The notes: generated by a model from the letters alone, not told the origin. A stretch of DNA of 64,000 nucleotides from an uncultured virus (IMG/VR IMGVR_UViG_3300024518_004509) (IMGVR_UViG_3300024518_004509); one strand, 5' to 3'. Counted from the stretch's first letter, positions 30,034 through 40,201 are shown. A program made the numbers and translations.

Positions 30034-30255
30034 ATGACAAATTTTAAAATTACAGGCAGAAGATTCAAACGTGCTGAATCTTTTCCAAAACATGTCAAAG
30101 ATATAGATATAAAATGGTTAGTGCATTTGATATTGCATGTACCATATCCGGAAGTGATCGAAGACAAATTCACTTCAAAAGATTACATTGGAATATTAAT
30201 GCCTGAAGGCAATATACTTCATATGCATAAAGATGGACTTAAACTCTGTGGGTGA
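30034..30255 (+). CDS. Hypothetical protein
   Basis: Start MTNFK after TTTAAAATCATTAAAAATC. Confidence 0.55.
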   Translation: MTNFKITGRRFKRAESFPKHVKDIDIKWLVHLILHVPYPEVIEDKFTSKDYIGILMPEGNILHMHKDGLKLCG

Positions 30256-31028
30256 TGGAAAAATTTAAAAAAGGGGACTATATTGTAGTATTACCTACAA
30301 TACCAGATAATACAACATATTTAAAAGTTAATCATGTGCATCATCAAGATGACGATGGTTCATTTATTAAAGCATATTTACCACATAAAGGTACAGTGTG
30401 GCATAGTAATATATACTTTAAAAAGAAAGAATGGTGGAGATATGCCTCTTTAAAGGAAATACAACATTTCAAAGTTGTTAATAAACCCTATAATATTAAT
30501 GATATTGCTGTAAAATCTGAATCATTTGGTAAAAAGGGTGATTACATATATGAAGGACACCGAAGAGAAGATACAGTGTATTTCAAACAATTTCAATATG
30601 TTTCTGGTACAGGTCAGATGATCTATAAAGGATTGGGTGAAATAGGTACACCTATGTGGTTACCACATATACCTGCATTTAAATTACGTACAGAATATAG
30701 TATTAAAATTGATAGTAATGGAGCTAAAGAGTTCACACGTTTGGCTACTCAACGTGAAATTGAGACTTATGCTCAAGAACTTGATAAATGGTGTCAACAG
30801 CATCCTGACATATCAATAGCAGAGAAATATTTTGAACCACGAAGATGGACTAATGCAAAAGAGAAAGGTTCTGATTTTGATATTGATAAGGATTATGTAG
30901 ACAGTGCAATGGTTCTTGGTGTAGATTCAAAGGGTAATATTCAAGAGCAACCATTTACACCTGATGAATGTTTTGAAAAGAAAAGAATACGGGATATACC
31001 TCTTATCCCTGTTAAAAAGAGGATATAA
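30252..31028 (+). CDS. Hypothetical protein
   Basis: 258 aa. Internal duplicated KKGDYI...R.A...EI units. Confidence 0.65.
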   Translation: MMEKFKKGDYIVVLPTIPDNTTYLKVNHVHHQDDDGSFIKAYLPHKGTVWHSNIYFKKKEWWRYASLKEIQHFKVVNKPYNINDIAVKSESFGKKGDYIYEGHRREDTVYFKQFQYVSGTGQMIYKGLGEIGTPMWLPHIPAFKLRTEYSIKIDSNGAKEFTRLATQREIETYAQELDKWCQQHPDISIAEKYFEPRRWTNAKEKGSDFDIDKDYVDSAMVLGVDSKGNIQEQPFTPDECFEKKRIRDIPLIPVKKRI

Positions 31029-31065
31029 ACAAAAAATAATTTAAAAATCATTAAAAACCATTATC

Positions 31066-31503
31066 ATGGCAACAACAAAAAGTACATTGAAAATTGTAAA
31101 CAGAATTGCAGCATTTTTAAAGTTAGGAGACGCTGGAAAATTAGAAGCGTTCTTCAGAAGAATTATTAAAACTCTAACAAGAGAAAATACTGCTCATAAA
31201 AAGAACATTGAGGTCATTAAATTTAATTTAAAGACTTCAGTTGATGAGTTGAATGACAAATTAGCTGATGCAAAAGAAGCATTGGATGAAACTTACAATA
31301 ATGTAGACATCACAAAAATTACCAACAATGCAGATCAAACTGCATATATGGAGGTATATTTGACAGCTGTATCCAAAGCTAAAGATGTCATCAAGAACAT
31401 TGAAGAGAATCTTGAGAAAAAACAGGAAGAAGTTGGAGAAGAAATCAAACTTATTGAACAGTCCATTGCTCGCAACAATGATACTCTAGAAAGTTTAAAG
31501 TAA
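31066..31503 (+). CDS. Coiled-coil hypothetical protein
   Basis: 145 aa heptad-rich ORF. Confidence 0.7.
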   Translation: MATTKSTLKIVNRIAAFLKLGDAGKLEAFFRRIIKTLTRENTAHKKNIEVIKFNLKTSVDELNDKLADAKEALDETYNNVDITKITNNADQTAYMEVYLTAVSKAKDVIKNIEENLEKKQEEVGEEIKLIEQSIARNNDTLESLK

Positions 31504-31857
31504 GAGTATACTTCACACATTTGTATTATGGGGATAATATCTATGTAAGTATAGATTAACATCACTCTTACTGCCCTGTAGGTATCTAACTAAGCACAGA
31601 AGGTTAAAGATTAGCTGAGTTCCAGCTTCTTACAACTGAAGTTACTGGTTCATATCTGCAGGGTTCTTATTGATAAGTGCTGAAGCCAGTATGTAATAAA
31701 ACCGGATGCGTGGGAAAAAACTACCTCTGATTAATTTCAAGTAGAGGTGATAATTACCGATAAATCAGAAAGCCGGATGCACTTATCTTTTATAAGCAGG
31801 TATAACAAAGTTAATTTAATAATCGTAGTTGATCTTTTGGTAAACTGTTATGCCTGT
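31499..31857 (+). ncRNA. Third block of tandem structured RNA domains
   Basis: Four consecutive closing stems: 31499-507/31564-72, 31574-85/31652-63, 31672-80/31779-87 and 31797-807/31846-56. Confidence 0.55.
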
Positions 31858-31878
31858 TTTAATTCTAAAACTTTAAAA

Positions 31879-32103
31879 ATGAAACAAAGAAATTTAGCTA
31901 AATATGAAGCAGAGAAAGAACTCAGAAAGCATAAATTTTTCTTTAGTTATTTAAATCCTGTAAGTTCTCGATTCAAACTTGAATTGTGGAAAAAAGCAAA
32001 AACATATAATTCATTTACATTATACACTAAAATAGTTAATAATCATCTTATGAGAAGAGTTATTAAAACAATTAACGGAGATTATTTCTATCTCACTAAT
32101 TAA
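31879..32103 (+). CDS. Hypothetical protein
   Basis: Start MKQRN after an A-rich leader. Confidence 0.5.
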   Translation: MKQRNLAKYEAEKELRKHKFFFSYLNPVSSRFKLELWKKAKTYNSFTLYTKIVNNHLMRRVIKTINGDYFYLTN

Positions 32104-32119
32104 AATCTTTAAAAATCTA

Positions 32120-32692
32120 ATGAAAACAATATATATTTCAAGGAGCAATGATGTTCCTGCAAAACTAACAACTGAACTTACTGGTCGTTTACTGGATTGG
32201 TTTCCAGGATATGATATTAAAATGTGGAAACGTGGTTCTACATATACAGACAGTGCACTTATTTCTTCTGATTATGTTATCTTTTTATTAGGTAATTCTT
32301 CAGCTATTATTGGTAAAGGTGCTTATAAAGAGTATCAAACAGCCATGAAATATGGTAAAACTGTACTGATAGGATACAAACGTCAACATGATAATACTCT
32401 TCAATTATATTCCATTAATGGTTGCAAAGAACTCTATGAAGGTAAATGGGAAGGAAAAGCTGATTGGATGAATTACGCACGTTTAGGATTTGGAGAAATA
32501 GTCACAGATAAAATGCGACGTAGATGTGGAGAACCTCATCATGTAGCTGATCCTGTAGCTGAATACAGCCCATTACATGTGAATCGTGTAGAGGTTCTTG
32601 TTAGAACTGCTGTAGTGGTAAAACAAATAGGGCGTGAGAACAGAGAAATGACTCATTTGAGTCTTAATCGTATACCTGTAAAATTAAGATAA
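32120..32692 (+). CDS. TIR-like / nucleoside-deoxyribosyltransferase-like fold protein
   Basis: KTIYIS...SSDYVIFLL...GKGAYKEYQTAMKYGKTVL pattern with the conserved Glu. Confidence 0.5.
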   Translation: MKTIYISRSNDVPAKLTTELTGRLLDWFPGYDIKMWKRGSTYTDSALISSDYVIFLLGNSSAIIGKGAYKEYQTAMKYGKTVLIGYKRQHDNTLQLYSINGCKELYEGKWEGKADWMNYARLGFGEIVTDKMRRRCGEPHHVADPVAEYSPLHVNRVEVLVRTAVVVKQIGRENREMTHLSLNRIPVKLR

Positions 32693-32693
32693 T

Positions 32694-33068
32694 ATGAAAT
32701 CTTTTACAACAATAGAACAACGTGTATGTAGAGTTACAGGCAAAAAATATGATACTAATACTTTACTTATTGACAAACGTTTACGCGAAAAGTATGAGAT
32801 GTATACAATTACAGGATGGGGATTTTCTCCTGAAGTAGTTGAAAAATTTGAAGAAGGTTATGTTGCACTCGTAGAAGTTGATGAAACTAAAAGTTCTAAA
32901 GATGATAAAGGGCAAATAACACCTCAAGGAGCTTATCGTTTAGGTAGAGTAGCTTATATCAAAAAGAAAGTATTATTAGAGTTAGTTCCAACTCTTAAAA
33001 TAGAATATATGGGGTTTTGTGGGTCAGATTTTTTAAAATATCTGGCTTCAATACCTATAGAAAAATAA
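32694..33068 (+). CDS. Hypothetical protein
   Basis: 124 aa ORF, closely coupled. Confidence 0.65.
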   Translation: MKSFTTIEQRVCRVTGKKYDTNTLLIDKRLREKYEMYTITGWGFSPEVVEKFEEGYVALVEVDETKSSKDDKGQITPQGAYRLGRVAYIKKKVLLELVPTLKIEYMGFCGSDFLKYLASIPIEK

Positions 33069-33098
33069 TTAAAAATAATTTAATATCTTTACAACATC

Positions 33099-33428
33099 AT
33101 GCGAAGATTCGTACACCTCTGTATCTTATTGATCGGAATGATCAGTTTGACAGGATTCAGTACTACTACTGACCTGGAGGAAAATCCGTTCATGATTTCT
33201 ATCGACGTAGATGTCGGTGATGTCATTTTAGTAGACAATGCAATATTTATATTGCACACCAAAACGCAAACACTCGAAGTTCCTTATCTCTTGATCGAAT
33301 TTGATCAGGAGCCCTGTTATAAACAGGTGATATATAATCAACCTAATTTAGACAGACTGGAACATCTTCCTACAGCAAACCTTTTAGAACCTGTACAGTA
33401 CAGACCAAGGGAAGGCGTTAGGATATAG
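33099..33428 (+). CDS. Secreted/membrane-anchored hypothetical protein
   Basis: N-terminal signal-like segment. Preceded by TATCTTTA (33084-91) and followed by a terminator. Confidence 0.55.
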   Translation: MRRFVHLCILLIGMISLTGFSTTTDLEENPFMISIDVDVGDVILVDNAIFILHTKTQTLEVPYLLIEFDQEPCYKQVIYNQPNLDRLEHLPTANLLEPVQYRPREGVRI

Positions 33429-33461
33429 TCGAAGGACTATAAACTGCAAATTAATGTTCTT

Positions 33462-33494
33462 AAAACCCTGCTTTCTTGTAACGGCAGGGTTTTT
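33462..33494 (+). terminator. Intrinsic terminator
   Basis: AAAACCCTGC...GCAGGGTTTTT. Confidence 0.7.
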
Positions 33495-33517
33495 AATTGT
33501 AAAAAACCTTAAAAATC

Positions 33518-33673
33518 ATGAAAACACTTTTAACAATATTTGTAATAGGTATCATCATATGCGCTGTAGCTGCTATATTTCAAGCATTTACAGGTGTAGA
33601 AAATGCCATCTGGATTTGGATTGGAATTTTCATATTCTTATATTTAACTCGCAATATGTCAATTTTAAAATAA
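33518..33673 (+). CDS. Small two-helix membrane protein (not in ORF track)
   Basis: MKTLLTIFVIGIIICAVAAIFQAFTGVENAIWIWIGIFIFLYLTRNMSILK. A-rich start and TAATG coupling. Confidence 0.55.
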   Translation: MKTLLTIFVIGIIICAVAAIFQAFTGVENAIWIWIGIFIFLYLTRNMSILK

Positions 33674-34047
33674 TGAAAAAAATAATTATATTATTACTTC
33701 TTTTTAATAGTTGTATGATAAATGATGATTGGATCGTACATAAATTAGAATTGAATACTACTACCGGTATATTATTGGTAGATGGAAAGAACTCACTTGA
33801 TGTTACTTATAAAATAGCACAAAATAATGTAGGAATATGGTTTTACACTAAATTCAATGTAGATAATTTTAACTGGAATTTTAATCATTTCAATGAAGAT
33901 CAAATATATTATACTGCTACTGTTAGTGATTATGAAATTTATATCCCACATGATTTTAATAAATACCCACTTGATACTGTAATAGGCTCTACTTATACAA
34001 TTGATAGTCATTATCATTTTATAGTAGATCTATTACCTGCAAATTAA
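33673..34047 (+). CDS. Putative lipoprotein
   Basis: Start MKKIIILLLLFNS-C. Confidence 0.55.
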   Translation: MKKIIILLLLFNSCMINDDWIVHKLELNTTTGILLVDGKNSLDVTYKIAQNNVGIWFYTKFNVDNFNWNFNHFNEDQIYYTATVSDYEIYIPHDFNKYPLDTVIGSTYTIDSHYHFIVDLLPAN

Positions 34048-34071
34048 TATGAAATTAAAAAATCATAAAGC

Positions 34072-34419
34072 ATGACTCAAAAAATAATTAACAAAACACC
34101 ACATGCTGTGTATATCCTCAAGGAAGATAATTCTGTCTTGAGGGTATTCCCTAAAAGTAATGGTATGATACGTGTTCCGGAAACCAATGAAGATATTGGT
34201 ACAATCGATGGAATACCTATCAGTTGTACTACATGGGGTGAAACTACAGATGTTCCTTCACCAAAACAGGGGACATTCTATATAGTATCACAGCTCGTAC
34301 GAAATGCATTGCCTGACAGACCTGACCTGTTAGTTCCAAAACAAGTAGTCAGGGATAATGACGGAAACATCATTGGATGTAAACGTCTTGATATCGGATC
34401 GAATAAATTTAATTTTTAA
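34072..34419 (+). CDS. Conserved phage hypothetical protein
   Basis: INKTPH...YIVSQLV...RPDLLVP...VRD..GNIIGC pattern, recognisable as a widespread phage family of unknown function. Confidence 0.65.
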   Translation: MTQKIINKTPHAVYILKEDNSVLRVFPKSNGMIRVPETNEDIGTIDGIPISCTTWGETTDVPSPKQGTFYIVSQLVRNALPDRPDLLVPKQVVRDNDGNIIGCKRLDIGSNKFNF

Positions 34420-34438
34420 TACTTTAAAATCACTAAAA

Positions 34439-35002
34439 ATGGCAAAGAAAGTCACCAAAACACCAGTTAAACCAGCTAAACCAGCTAATGTTGGAAAACA
34501 ACCTATTGTACCAAAATATGTTACTCGTGCTAAACTGGAAGAACAACACAAAGCACTTGAAGTTAAATTCGCTGACTGTGAAGCTTACAGCAAGAAAGTT
34601 GCAGGACAATTCAAAAAAGAAAAAGTAGCTCATGGTAATACTAAAGCTACTGCAGAATCTTATGGAAAAGAAATCAAATCCTTTGAAAATATCACAGCAT
34701 CCAATGAACAGGATATCAAAACCCTTAAGACAGAACTTTCAAAAGCCAATATAGCACATGGTCTGGAAGTTAAAAAATGTACAGGTATCAATGATGAACT
34801 TATAGGTGTCAAAAGAAATCTTAAATCTTCCCGGGAATCTGTTGCTTTATACAAACAGGATGCTGCTGATGCAAAACAATCTTACAGAACATCATCCACT
34901 TCACATGAAGCTCTTAAGAGTCAAGTAGAATCATTTTCAGAGTTATCTCGTTGGAAAAGATTCTGGATGTCTGAATCAGAAGTAAAAGCATATTTCAATT
35001 AA
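34439..35002 (+). CDS. Coiled-coil hypothetical protein
   Basis: Start MAKKV. Ends in an SRWKRFW-type tail. Confidence 0.65.
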   Translation: MAKKVTKTPVKPAKPANVGKQPIVPKYVTRAKLEEQHKALEVKFADCEAYSKKVAGQFKKEKVAHGNTKATAESYGKEIKSFENITASNEQDIKTLKTELSKANIAHGLEVKKCTGINDELIGVKRNLKSSRESVALYKQDAADAKQSYRTSSTSHEALKSQVESFSELSRWKRFWMSESEVKAYFN

Positions 35003-35045
35003 AATACTGGGTGTATTAGTAAATGTTATGATTTACTTAAACAGT

Positions 35046-35075
35046 AGCCTACTCTACAAGTTAGAGTAGGCTTTT
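35046..35075 (+). terminator. Intrinsic terminator
   Basis: AGCCTACTCT-acaagtt-AGAGTAGGCT-TTT. Confidence 0.65.
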
Positions 35076-35106
35076 ATTAAAAACTTTAAAAAACTTAAAA
35101 ATCACA

Positions 35107-35319
35107 ATGGCACATCGAAGAAAAAGACGTAGAAAAAATACAAATACCACTGAAATCCAATATGAAGGTTCTTCCGTATATGTAAAAGAGCTTAAAATGC
35201 TCATAAAACTCAAAAAAGGACGCACTATACAAGATTGGATAAAGAATTATTGTGGACATGACAGGCAAAAGATCATGTATCTGTACCCTGCTTATAATAT
35301 TCCTTTAAAAACCAAGTAA
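35107..35319 (+). CDS. Hypothetical basic protein
   Basis: 70 aa with A-rich start. Confidence 0.55.
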   Translation: MAHRRKRRRKNTNTTEIQYEGSSVYVKELKMLIKLKKGRTIQDWIKNYCGHDRQKIMYLYPAYNIPLKTK

Positions 35320-35321
35320 AT

Positions 35322-35903
35322 ATGAAATACAATATATTAAAAGATGTGCATACCCCTATGCTCACAGGAAAATCAACTTCTTTTTTCAATATTGATTGTT
35401 TTGATATTGAAGAAATTATTATTCATCCTGAACAATGGTACGAAATGTTTGATAGTCTCAGAACAGTTCCAGCAATGAACCTGGCTCTGATACATCATTA
35501 TATCATAGGATTTATTACACAAAACGCTGTAAAACCTAATGTTAAGGTCAGTACAGAGCAAATAATGGCTTTTTTGTACATATTGCTTATGAGCAGAACT
35601 TTCAGGTTCAATGAATTTGTACGTGAAGCTGCTGTTGCCTTTAATTTTGATACTATGTGTTATTTTATCAATGAAACAACTGATATTGAAGTTCCTGCAT
35701 CCTTTTTGGAAACCACTGCACAACTTATTGGTAACAAGAACTTGTACGAAATAGTTACAGACCGTTACGATTTTAAAGTAGACACTACCAATTCTGCTGA
35801 AGTAGCTCTGGTTTTCTACAAACATATTACAGAGAACATTGTACCCTTTATGCAAAACAATGCAGAAATGGATAAAATACTTAGAAACTTAAACATTAAC
35901 TGA
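35322..35903 (+). CDS. Hypothetical protein
   Basis: 193 aa, coupled ORF. Confidence 0.65.
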   Translation: MKYNILKDVHTPMLTGKSTSFFNIDCFDIEEIIIHPEQWYEMFDSLRTVPAMNLALIHHYIIGFITQNAVKPNVKVSTEQIMAFLYILLMSRTFRFNEFVREAAVAFNFDTMCYFINETTDIEVPASFLETTAQLIGNKNLYEIVTDRYDFKVDTTNSAEVALVFYKHITENIVPFMQNNAEMDKILRNLNIN

Positions 35904-36229
35904 TGGAAGAGCAATTAATAACACTTGAAACAGCTAAATTAGCTAAAGAGAAAGGGTTTATGGAAATGACTCTTACTTATGCAATTTTAGGTGAAGGTAA
36001 TGTAAAATTTCCAACTCAATCACTACTTCAAAAGTGGTTGAGAGAGGTTTATTGGATAGAAGTTTACCCTTTTGCAGAAGGCAGGAGAAAAAATAAAACT
36101 TTAGAATATCAATGTGAAGTTACAGATGATAGAATAAATAGTTCTACAACAATCGATGGTAGGTTTAAAACTTATGAACAAGCATTAGAAAAAGGATTAC
36201 AAGAAGCACTAAAACTTATAAAATCATGA
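35903..36229 (+). CDS. Conserved Bacteroidota-phage hypothetical protein
   Basis: ETAKLAKEKGF...PTQSLLQKWLRE...TYEQALEKGLQEALKLI signature. Confidence 0.7.
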   Translation: MEEQLITLETAKLAKEKGFMEMTLTYAILGEGNVKFPTQSLLQKWLREVYWIEVYPFAEGRRKNKTLEYQCEVTDDRINSSTTIDGRFKTYEQALEKGLQEALKLIKS

Positions 36230-36426
36230 GATCACTTTATGCACACCCAAAAGCTACTGAAATAGAAAAAGCATTGATACTCGAAGAGTTTTACAAAGGT
36301 GGTGAGAACGGAGACAGGGCTATATCAATCAGATTGGACCTGCATTATGAAGTAGTGCGCAGAGTTATCAATGATGAGATAAAACGTCTGGAAGACATTA
36401 TGAGATCCAGAGGACACATGAAATAG
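36226..36426 (+). CDS. Small HTH-like protein
   Basis: DRAISIRLDLHYEVVRRVI. Confidence 0.5.
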   Translation: MRSLYAHPKATEIEKALILEEFYKGGENGDRAISIRLDLHYEVVRRVINDEIKRLEDIMRSRGHMK

Positions 36427-36469
36427 AATACGTAAAATAATTATTAATAATTTTTTAAAAACTTAACAA

Positions 36470-37255
36470 ATGAAAACAATGGATTTATCTTTTCTACAAG
36501 ATGTAGAACTGGAAGCTGTAAAAAAAGTAGCAGCTAAATCAAGAACATCAACACCTAAATTACCTACAGATGCAGATCTTAGAGTATTCAGTAATGGTCG
36601 AGTGTACCCAAGTGCCAAATTTGTAGAAGCACACAATTTGGAATTCAAACCTAAAGAAGTCCTTGACGGAGGTTCTGAACCAACTGTTGTTGTTGGAAAC
36701 GGATTGGAAATATTCTCTTCAAAGGATTGGGGTATGATAAAAGGACAACTTCCTGAAGAATTACTTTTCTGTGCACCGGTTGAAAAAGCATTACCTAAAG
36801 TAGATATGTGGGCTTCCACTAAATATACTGAAGAGAATGAGCCTAAAGCTTCTGTGTTCACTCAAGGGGCAAACACTTTTGCCAAGGACAGACTGGTTCC
36901 AATGATAGCTGATATCTATGGTATTAACTGGAATGAAACTGAATATGTGGATATGACATTTGTAGAAGATCAGGTTATCGCATCTCCTAATGGATTGTAT
37001 CACCTTCCTAAAATTGTATCCACCGGGAAACATAAAGGGAAAGCTGATTACATCAGAAGAGAGAACCTTACAATATGTCCACTTATTGTACATTCTGTAA
37101 AGGCTAAAGCACCTATTGATGCACCTGCTGAAAATGCACCTGAATTGGATAAAAAGGATTCTAATGGAACTACTGATCCTGGTGCTGACTGGGCAAAGGA
37201 TTTAGGGGCAAAGGATAAAGAAACCACAGACAAAAAAGAAGAAGCTAAAGCATAA
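36470..37255 (+). CDS. Hypothetical replication-module protein
   Basis: 261 aa directly upstream of PolA with an acidic flexible tail (possible SSB-like protein). Confidence 0.6.
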   Translation: MKTMDLSFLQDVELEAVKKVAAKSRTSTPKLPTDADLRVFSNGRVYPSAKFVEAHNLEFKPKEVLDGGSEPTVVVGNGLEIFSSKDWGMIKGQLPEELLFCAPVEKALPKVDMWASTKYTEENEPKASVFTQGANTFAKDRLVPMIADIYGINWNETEYVDMTFVEDQVIASPNGLYHLPKIVSTGKHKGKADYIRRENLTICPLIVHSVKAKAPIDAPAENAPELDKKDSNGTTDPGADWAKDLGAKDKETTDKKEEAKA

Positions 37256-39504
37256 TGGCTACTCTCAAATTTATAGGTAATACAGAGGACTGCTCCTACA
37301 AGAGCAGTTCTTTTGTTGCTTTTATGGAATGGTTTGACAAACAGAAGATAATCGGTTTTGATACAGAAACTAATGTGGTAGAATCTATACTCGAGAGACA
37401 TCTTAAGGTGATGGCTATTTCAGATGTGAACGGTGACGTTATCTATGTGTTTGACTGGGAATATATGCGTTTGAATGAACAGCAATGGATATTAGAGCAA
37501 TTGCCTAAGAAACTATGCATTATTCAAAATGTATCCTTTGATTATCAGGTTTTAAAGAAACTAGGTTGCATACTTGAAAAGGTATGGGACACTATGCTTG
37601 CCGAGCAGGTTCTTACCAATGGACTTTCTGCAGAGAAAGGATTCCACGGTCTCCAAGCCATTTACCTTCGACGATTTAACATCAATATATCGAAGGAAGA
37701 ACAATTAACCTTTGGACAGGGTCCTTATAATGATAAGCAAATACAGTACGCCGCAATAGACGTCCTTAAACTAGGACTTCTACGAAAAATTCAGATAAAG
37801 GAAGCCAGAGCTGTTGACAAACGCATCAATCAGCGTGGAAACAGAGGACTCATGAAGACCCTTTGGTGGGAAAATGAGTTCGTGAAAGTTGTAGCTGACA
37901 TGGAATATGAAGGTGTTCGTATAGACAAGGATAAATGGTACGCCATTGAAGATGATATACGTCCCATATTTGACACAGAGCTCAAATACCTCAACGATAA
38001 AGTTGTAGAAGATTTCTGGGATACTCTTATAGCCAACAACTGGATATCAGACAAAGATGAGTTCGTAGAACCTATATGGTCATCTTCCAAAAAGAAGAAA
38101 CTCATACTTGATAAGGTGTATGACTTTGAGATAGAGAAAACAGCTAAGACTGAACTTAAGAAATATCTTGAGCAGTACGACCCTGATTTTCCTTCAGGTT
38201 TGAAGCTATCAGGTAAATCATGGGAAGACTCAGACTATCCGACTACACTTCAGGGAAAGTTTTCCATATTGAAGTTATTGGTGTTGGACAGCAAAGATAA
38301 CAAAGAGTATGTACATAAAGCTCTTGATGGGTTCTTACTCACTAATATGAAACAATATTGTATAGAGCAAGGTTGGTTACGGCCAGCTAACACGCTGAGT
38401 CTTAATTGGGCTTCACCTATACAGCGCCTTAAGATATTCCAGGCAATCAATCCTGCTATTGAATCCACTGGCAAGGAAGTTTTAGAAGACTATATCAGTT
38501 CTCACGTCATTATACAACACTACCTTAAGTGGAGTGAAGTAGAGTATCAGTTAAAGAACTTTGGCAGAAGATTTTACGACAACCATGTAGAATTGGATGG
38601 GAAGCACAGAACTCGTTACAACCAAGTGTTGCAAACAGGTCGCCTGTCATCTGTCAGTCCTAATTTACTGAATATACCACGTAAGATAAAAGTATATCGA
38701 ACGGCATTCATCCCGGATCCAGGGTTTGAAATGATCGATGCAGATTATGATGGTCAGGAACTTGTTATTGTTGCAAATATAGCCAATGAGAAATCATGGC
38801 TTGAATACTTGGAAAAAGGGTATGACCTGCACAGTAAGAACTCTGAGCTTATATTTGGTGACGAGTGGAATAAAGCCACTGAAAAAGGATGTGCTTTTTA
38901 TGAGGGAGACGACATAATTGGATATGCATATAAAAAATGTGAATGTGAAGGACATGTAGATATGAGGGATAATTCCAAGGCAGTATCATTTGGTTCTATT
39001 TATGGAATCAGTTATCTGTCACTGGCATTTCAATTAAAGATATCAGAAGGAAGAGCCAAGTTCATATTACAGAGGTTCTTCGAAATTGTTCCTGCTATTG
39101 CAGACATGATGGATCGCTTTGGAGCTTACGCATTGGATACTGGTCATATTATTGAACCAGTCTTCGGACGTATACGTTATTTTGATAAGTGGAAGTTAGC
39201 TGTACCCAAAGAACATGGTTCTATTGAAAGAGCAGCTTTCAACACACCTATTCAATCAGCAGGCTCAGCCATTCTGAAGATAGCATTTGTACTTATGCGC
39301 AGGTGGATCAACCAAAATAACCATCAGCATAATATCAAATTGCTTATGCCATATCATGATGAGACAATAGCTCAATCTTTACCGGCGTTCACTACTCTGG
39401 CCAAAGAGAAAGTAGCACATTATATGATGTTGGCTGCACGCGTTGCAGGATTTGATGTCAAGGCAAGTGCCAAATCAGGAAAGTCATGGGCAGAAGCACA
39501 TTAG
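37255..39504 (+). CDS. polA: DNA polymerase, family A, with 3'-5' exonuclease
   Basis: Exo motifs GFDTET, QNVSFD, YAAID. Pol motifs TGRLSS..PNLLNIP, DADYDGQE, KAVSFGSIYG, NTPIQS and YHDE. Confidence 0.95.
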   Translation: MATLKFIGNTEDCSYKSSSFVAFMEWFDKQKIIGFDTETNVVESILERHLKVMAISDVNGDVIYVFDWEYMRLNEQQWILEQLPKKLCIIQNVSFDYQVLKKLGCILEKVWDTMLAEQVLTNGLSAEKGFHGLQAIYLRRFNINISKEEQLTFGQGPYNDKQIQYAAIDVLKLGLLRKIQIKEARAVDKRINQRGNRGLMKTLWWENEFVKVVADMEYEGVRIDKDKWYAIEDDIRPIFDTELKYLNDKVVEDFWDTLIANNWISDKDEFVEPIWSSSKKKKLILDKVYDFEIEKTAKTELKKYLEQYDPDFPSGLKLSGKSWEDSDYPTTLQGKFSILKLLVLDSKDNKEYVHKALDGFLLTNMKQYCIEQGWLRPANTLSLNWASPIQRLKIFQAINPAIESTGKEVLEDYISSHVIIQHYLKWSEVEYQLKNFGRRFYDNHVELDGKHRTRYNQVLQTGRLSSVSPNLLNIPRKIKVYRTAFIPDPGFEMIDADYDGQELVIVANIANEKSWLEYLEKGYDLHSKNSELIFGDEWNKATEKGCAFYEGDDIIGYAYKKCECEGHVDMRDNSKAVSFGSIYGISYLSLAFQLKISEGRAKFILQRFFEIVPAIADMMDRFGAYALDTGHIIEPVFGRIRYFDKWKLAVPKEHGSIERAAFNTPIQSAGSAILKIAFVLMRRWINQNNHQHNIKLLMPYHDETIAQSLPAFTTLAKEKVAHYMMLAARVAGFDVKASAKSGKSWAEAH

Positions 39505-39688
39505 TTGAAAAGTTAATTGATAAAGGATATGACGGAGCTGATATCCATTACTTTATGGTAAAACATGATTTAGCAGAGCCTTTTATGTTAACTGGTTTTC
39601 CTAAAATTGACGCAGATTATATAGATAGAAAAATGGAAAATCTAGCTAATGCACATGCAGAAATAGATCACACAAAACACAAATAATC

Positions 39689-40201
39689 ATGGGAGTTGAA
39701 ATAATAGGTTACGCAGTAGGTGGTGCCATAGTTGTATATGGTGTTTCCAAACTACTTAAAAAGAAGAAGGAGTCTAAAAATATAGTGTATCCCCATATAC
39801 CTGTCGTATATGAAACAGGGTCACGTAGACAACGAATACTGAAAGCTTTAAAGGCTGAACAGAAACGATCATTTGATACAGTCATTAAGGCTGATGAAAC
39901 AGCTACTATGTGGGCAGAAAGTCGTGCAATCCAAATGGATATTGCAGATAAGATAAGCCATAATGGAGCTGGTAAGATATTTATCATGGGTACTGAAAAA
40001 GGTGCTGATGGAATGGGTGAGATAATAGGATATGCTTTTAGTTCAGGTAAGAACACTGTATATGGTTGGATGAATTCTGATGGCCATAGAAAAGCTATCA
40101 TGAACATCAAATATGATTATGTGGGTATTGCCTGTATTCAGGATGAACACGGACATTGGATTGATGTGGTAATATTTGTTAATGAAAAGACAGTGAAATG
40201 A
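39689..40201 (+). CDS. CAP (SCP-like) domain protein with N-terminal membrane anchor
   Basis: ISH, GEII and WMNSDGHRKAIMN..YDYVGIA motifs. Confidence 0.8.
   Translation: MGVEIIGYAVGGAIVVYGVSKLLKKKKESKNIVYPHIPVVYETGSRRQRILKALKAEQKRSFDTVIKADETATMWAESRAIQMDIADKISHNGAGKIFIMGTEKGADGMGEIIGYAFSSGKNTVYGWMNSDGHRKAIMNIKYDYVGIACIQDEHGHWIDVVIFVNEKTVK

Noticed and set aside
31700..31720. Group II intron domain V-like ACCGGATGCG...GAAA
   Set aside because: The complementary 3' strand and other intron domains are absent, and there is no RT gene.
19273..39504. Introns or inteins in TerL and PolA
   Set aside because: Both ORFs are continuous, of expected size, and show no intein or homing-endonuclease motifs.
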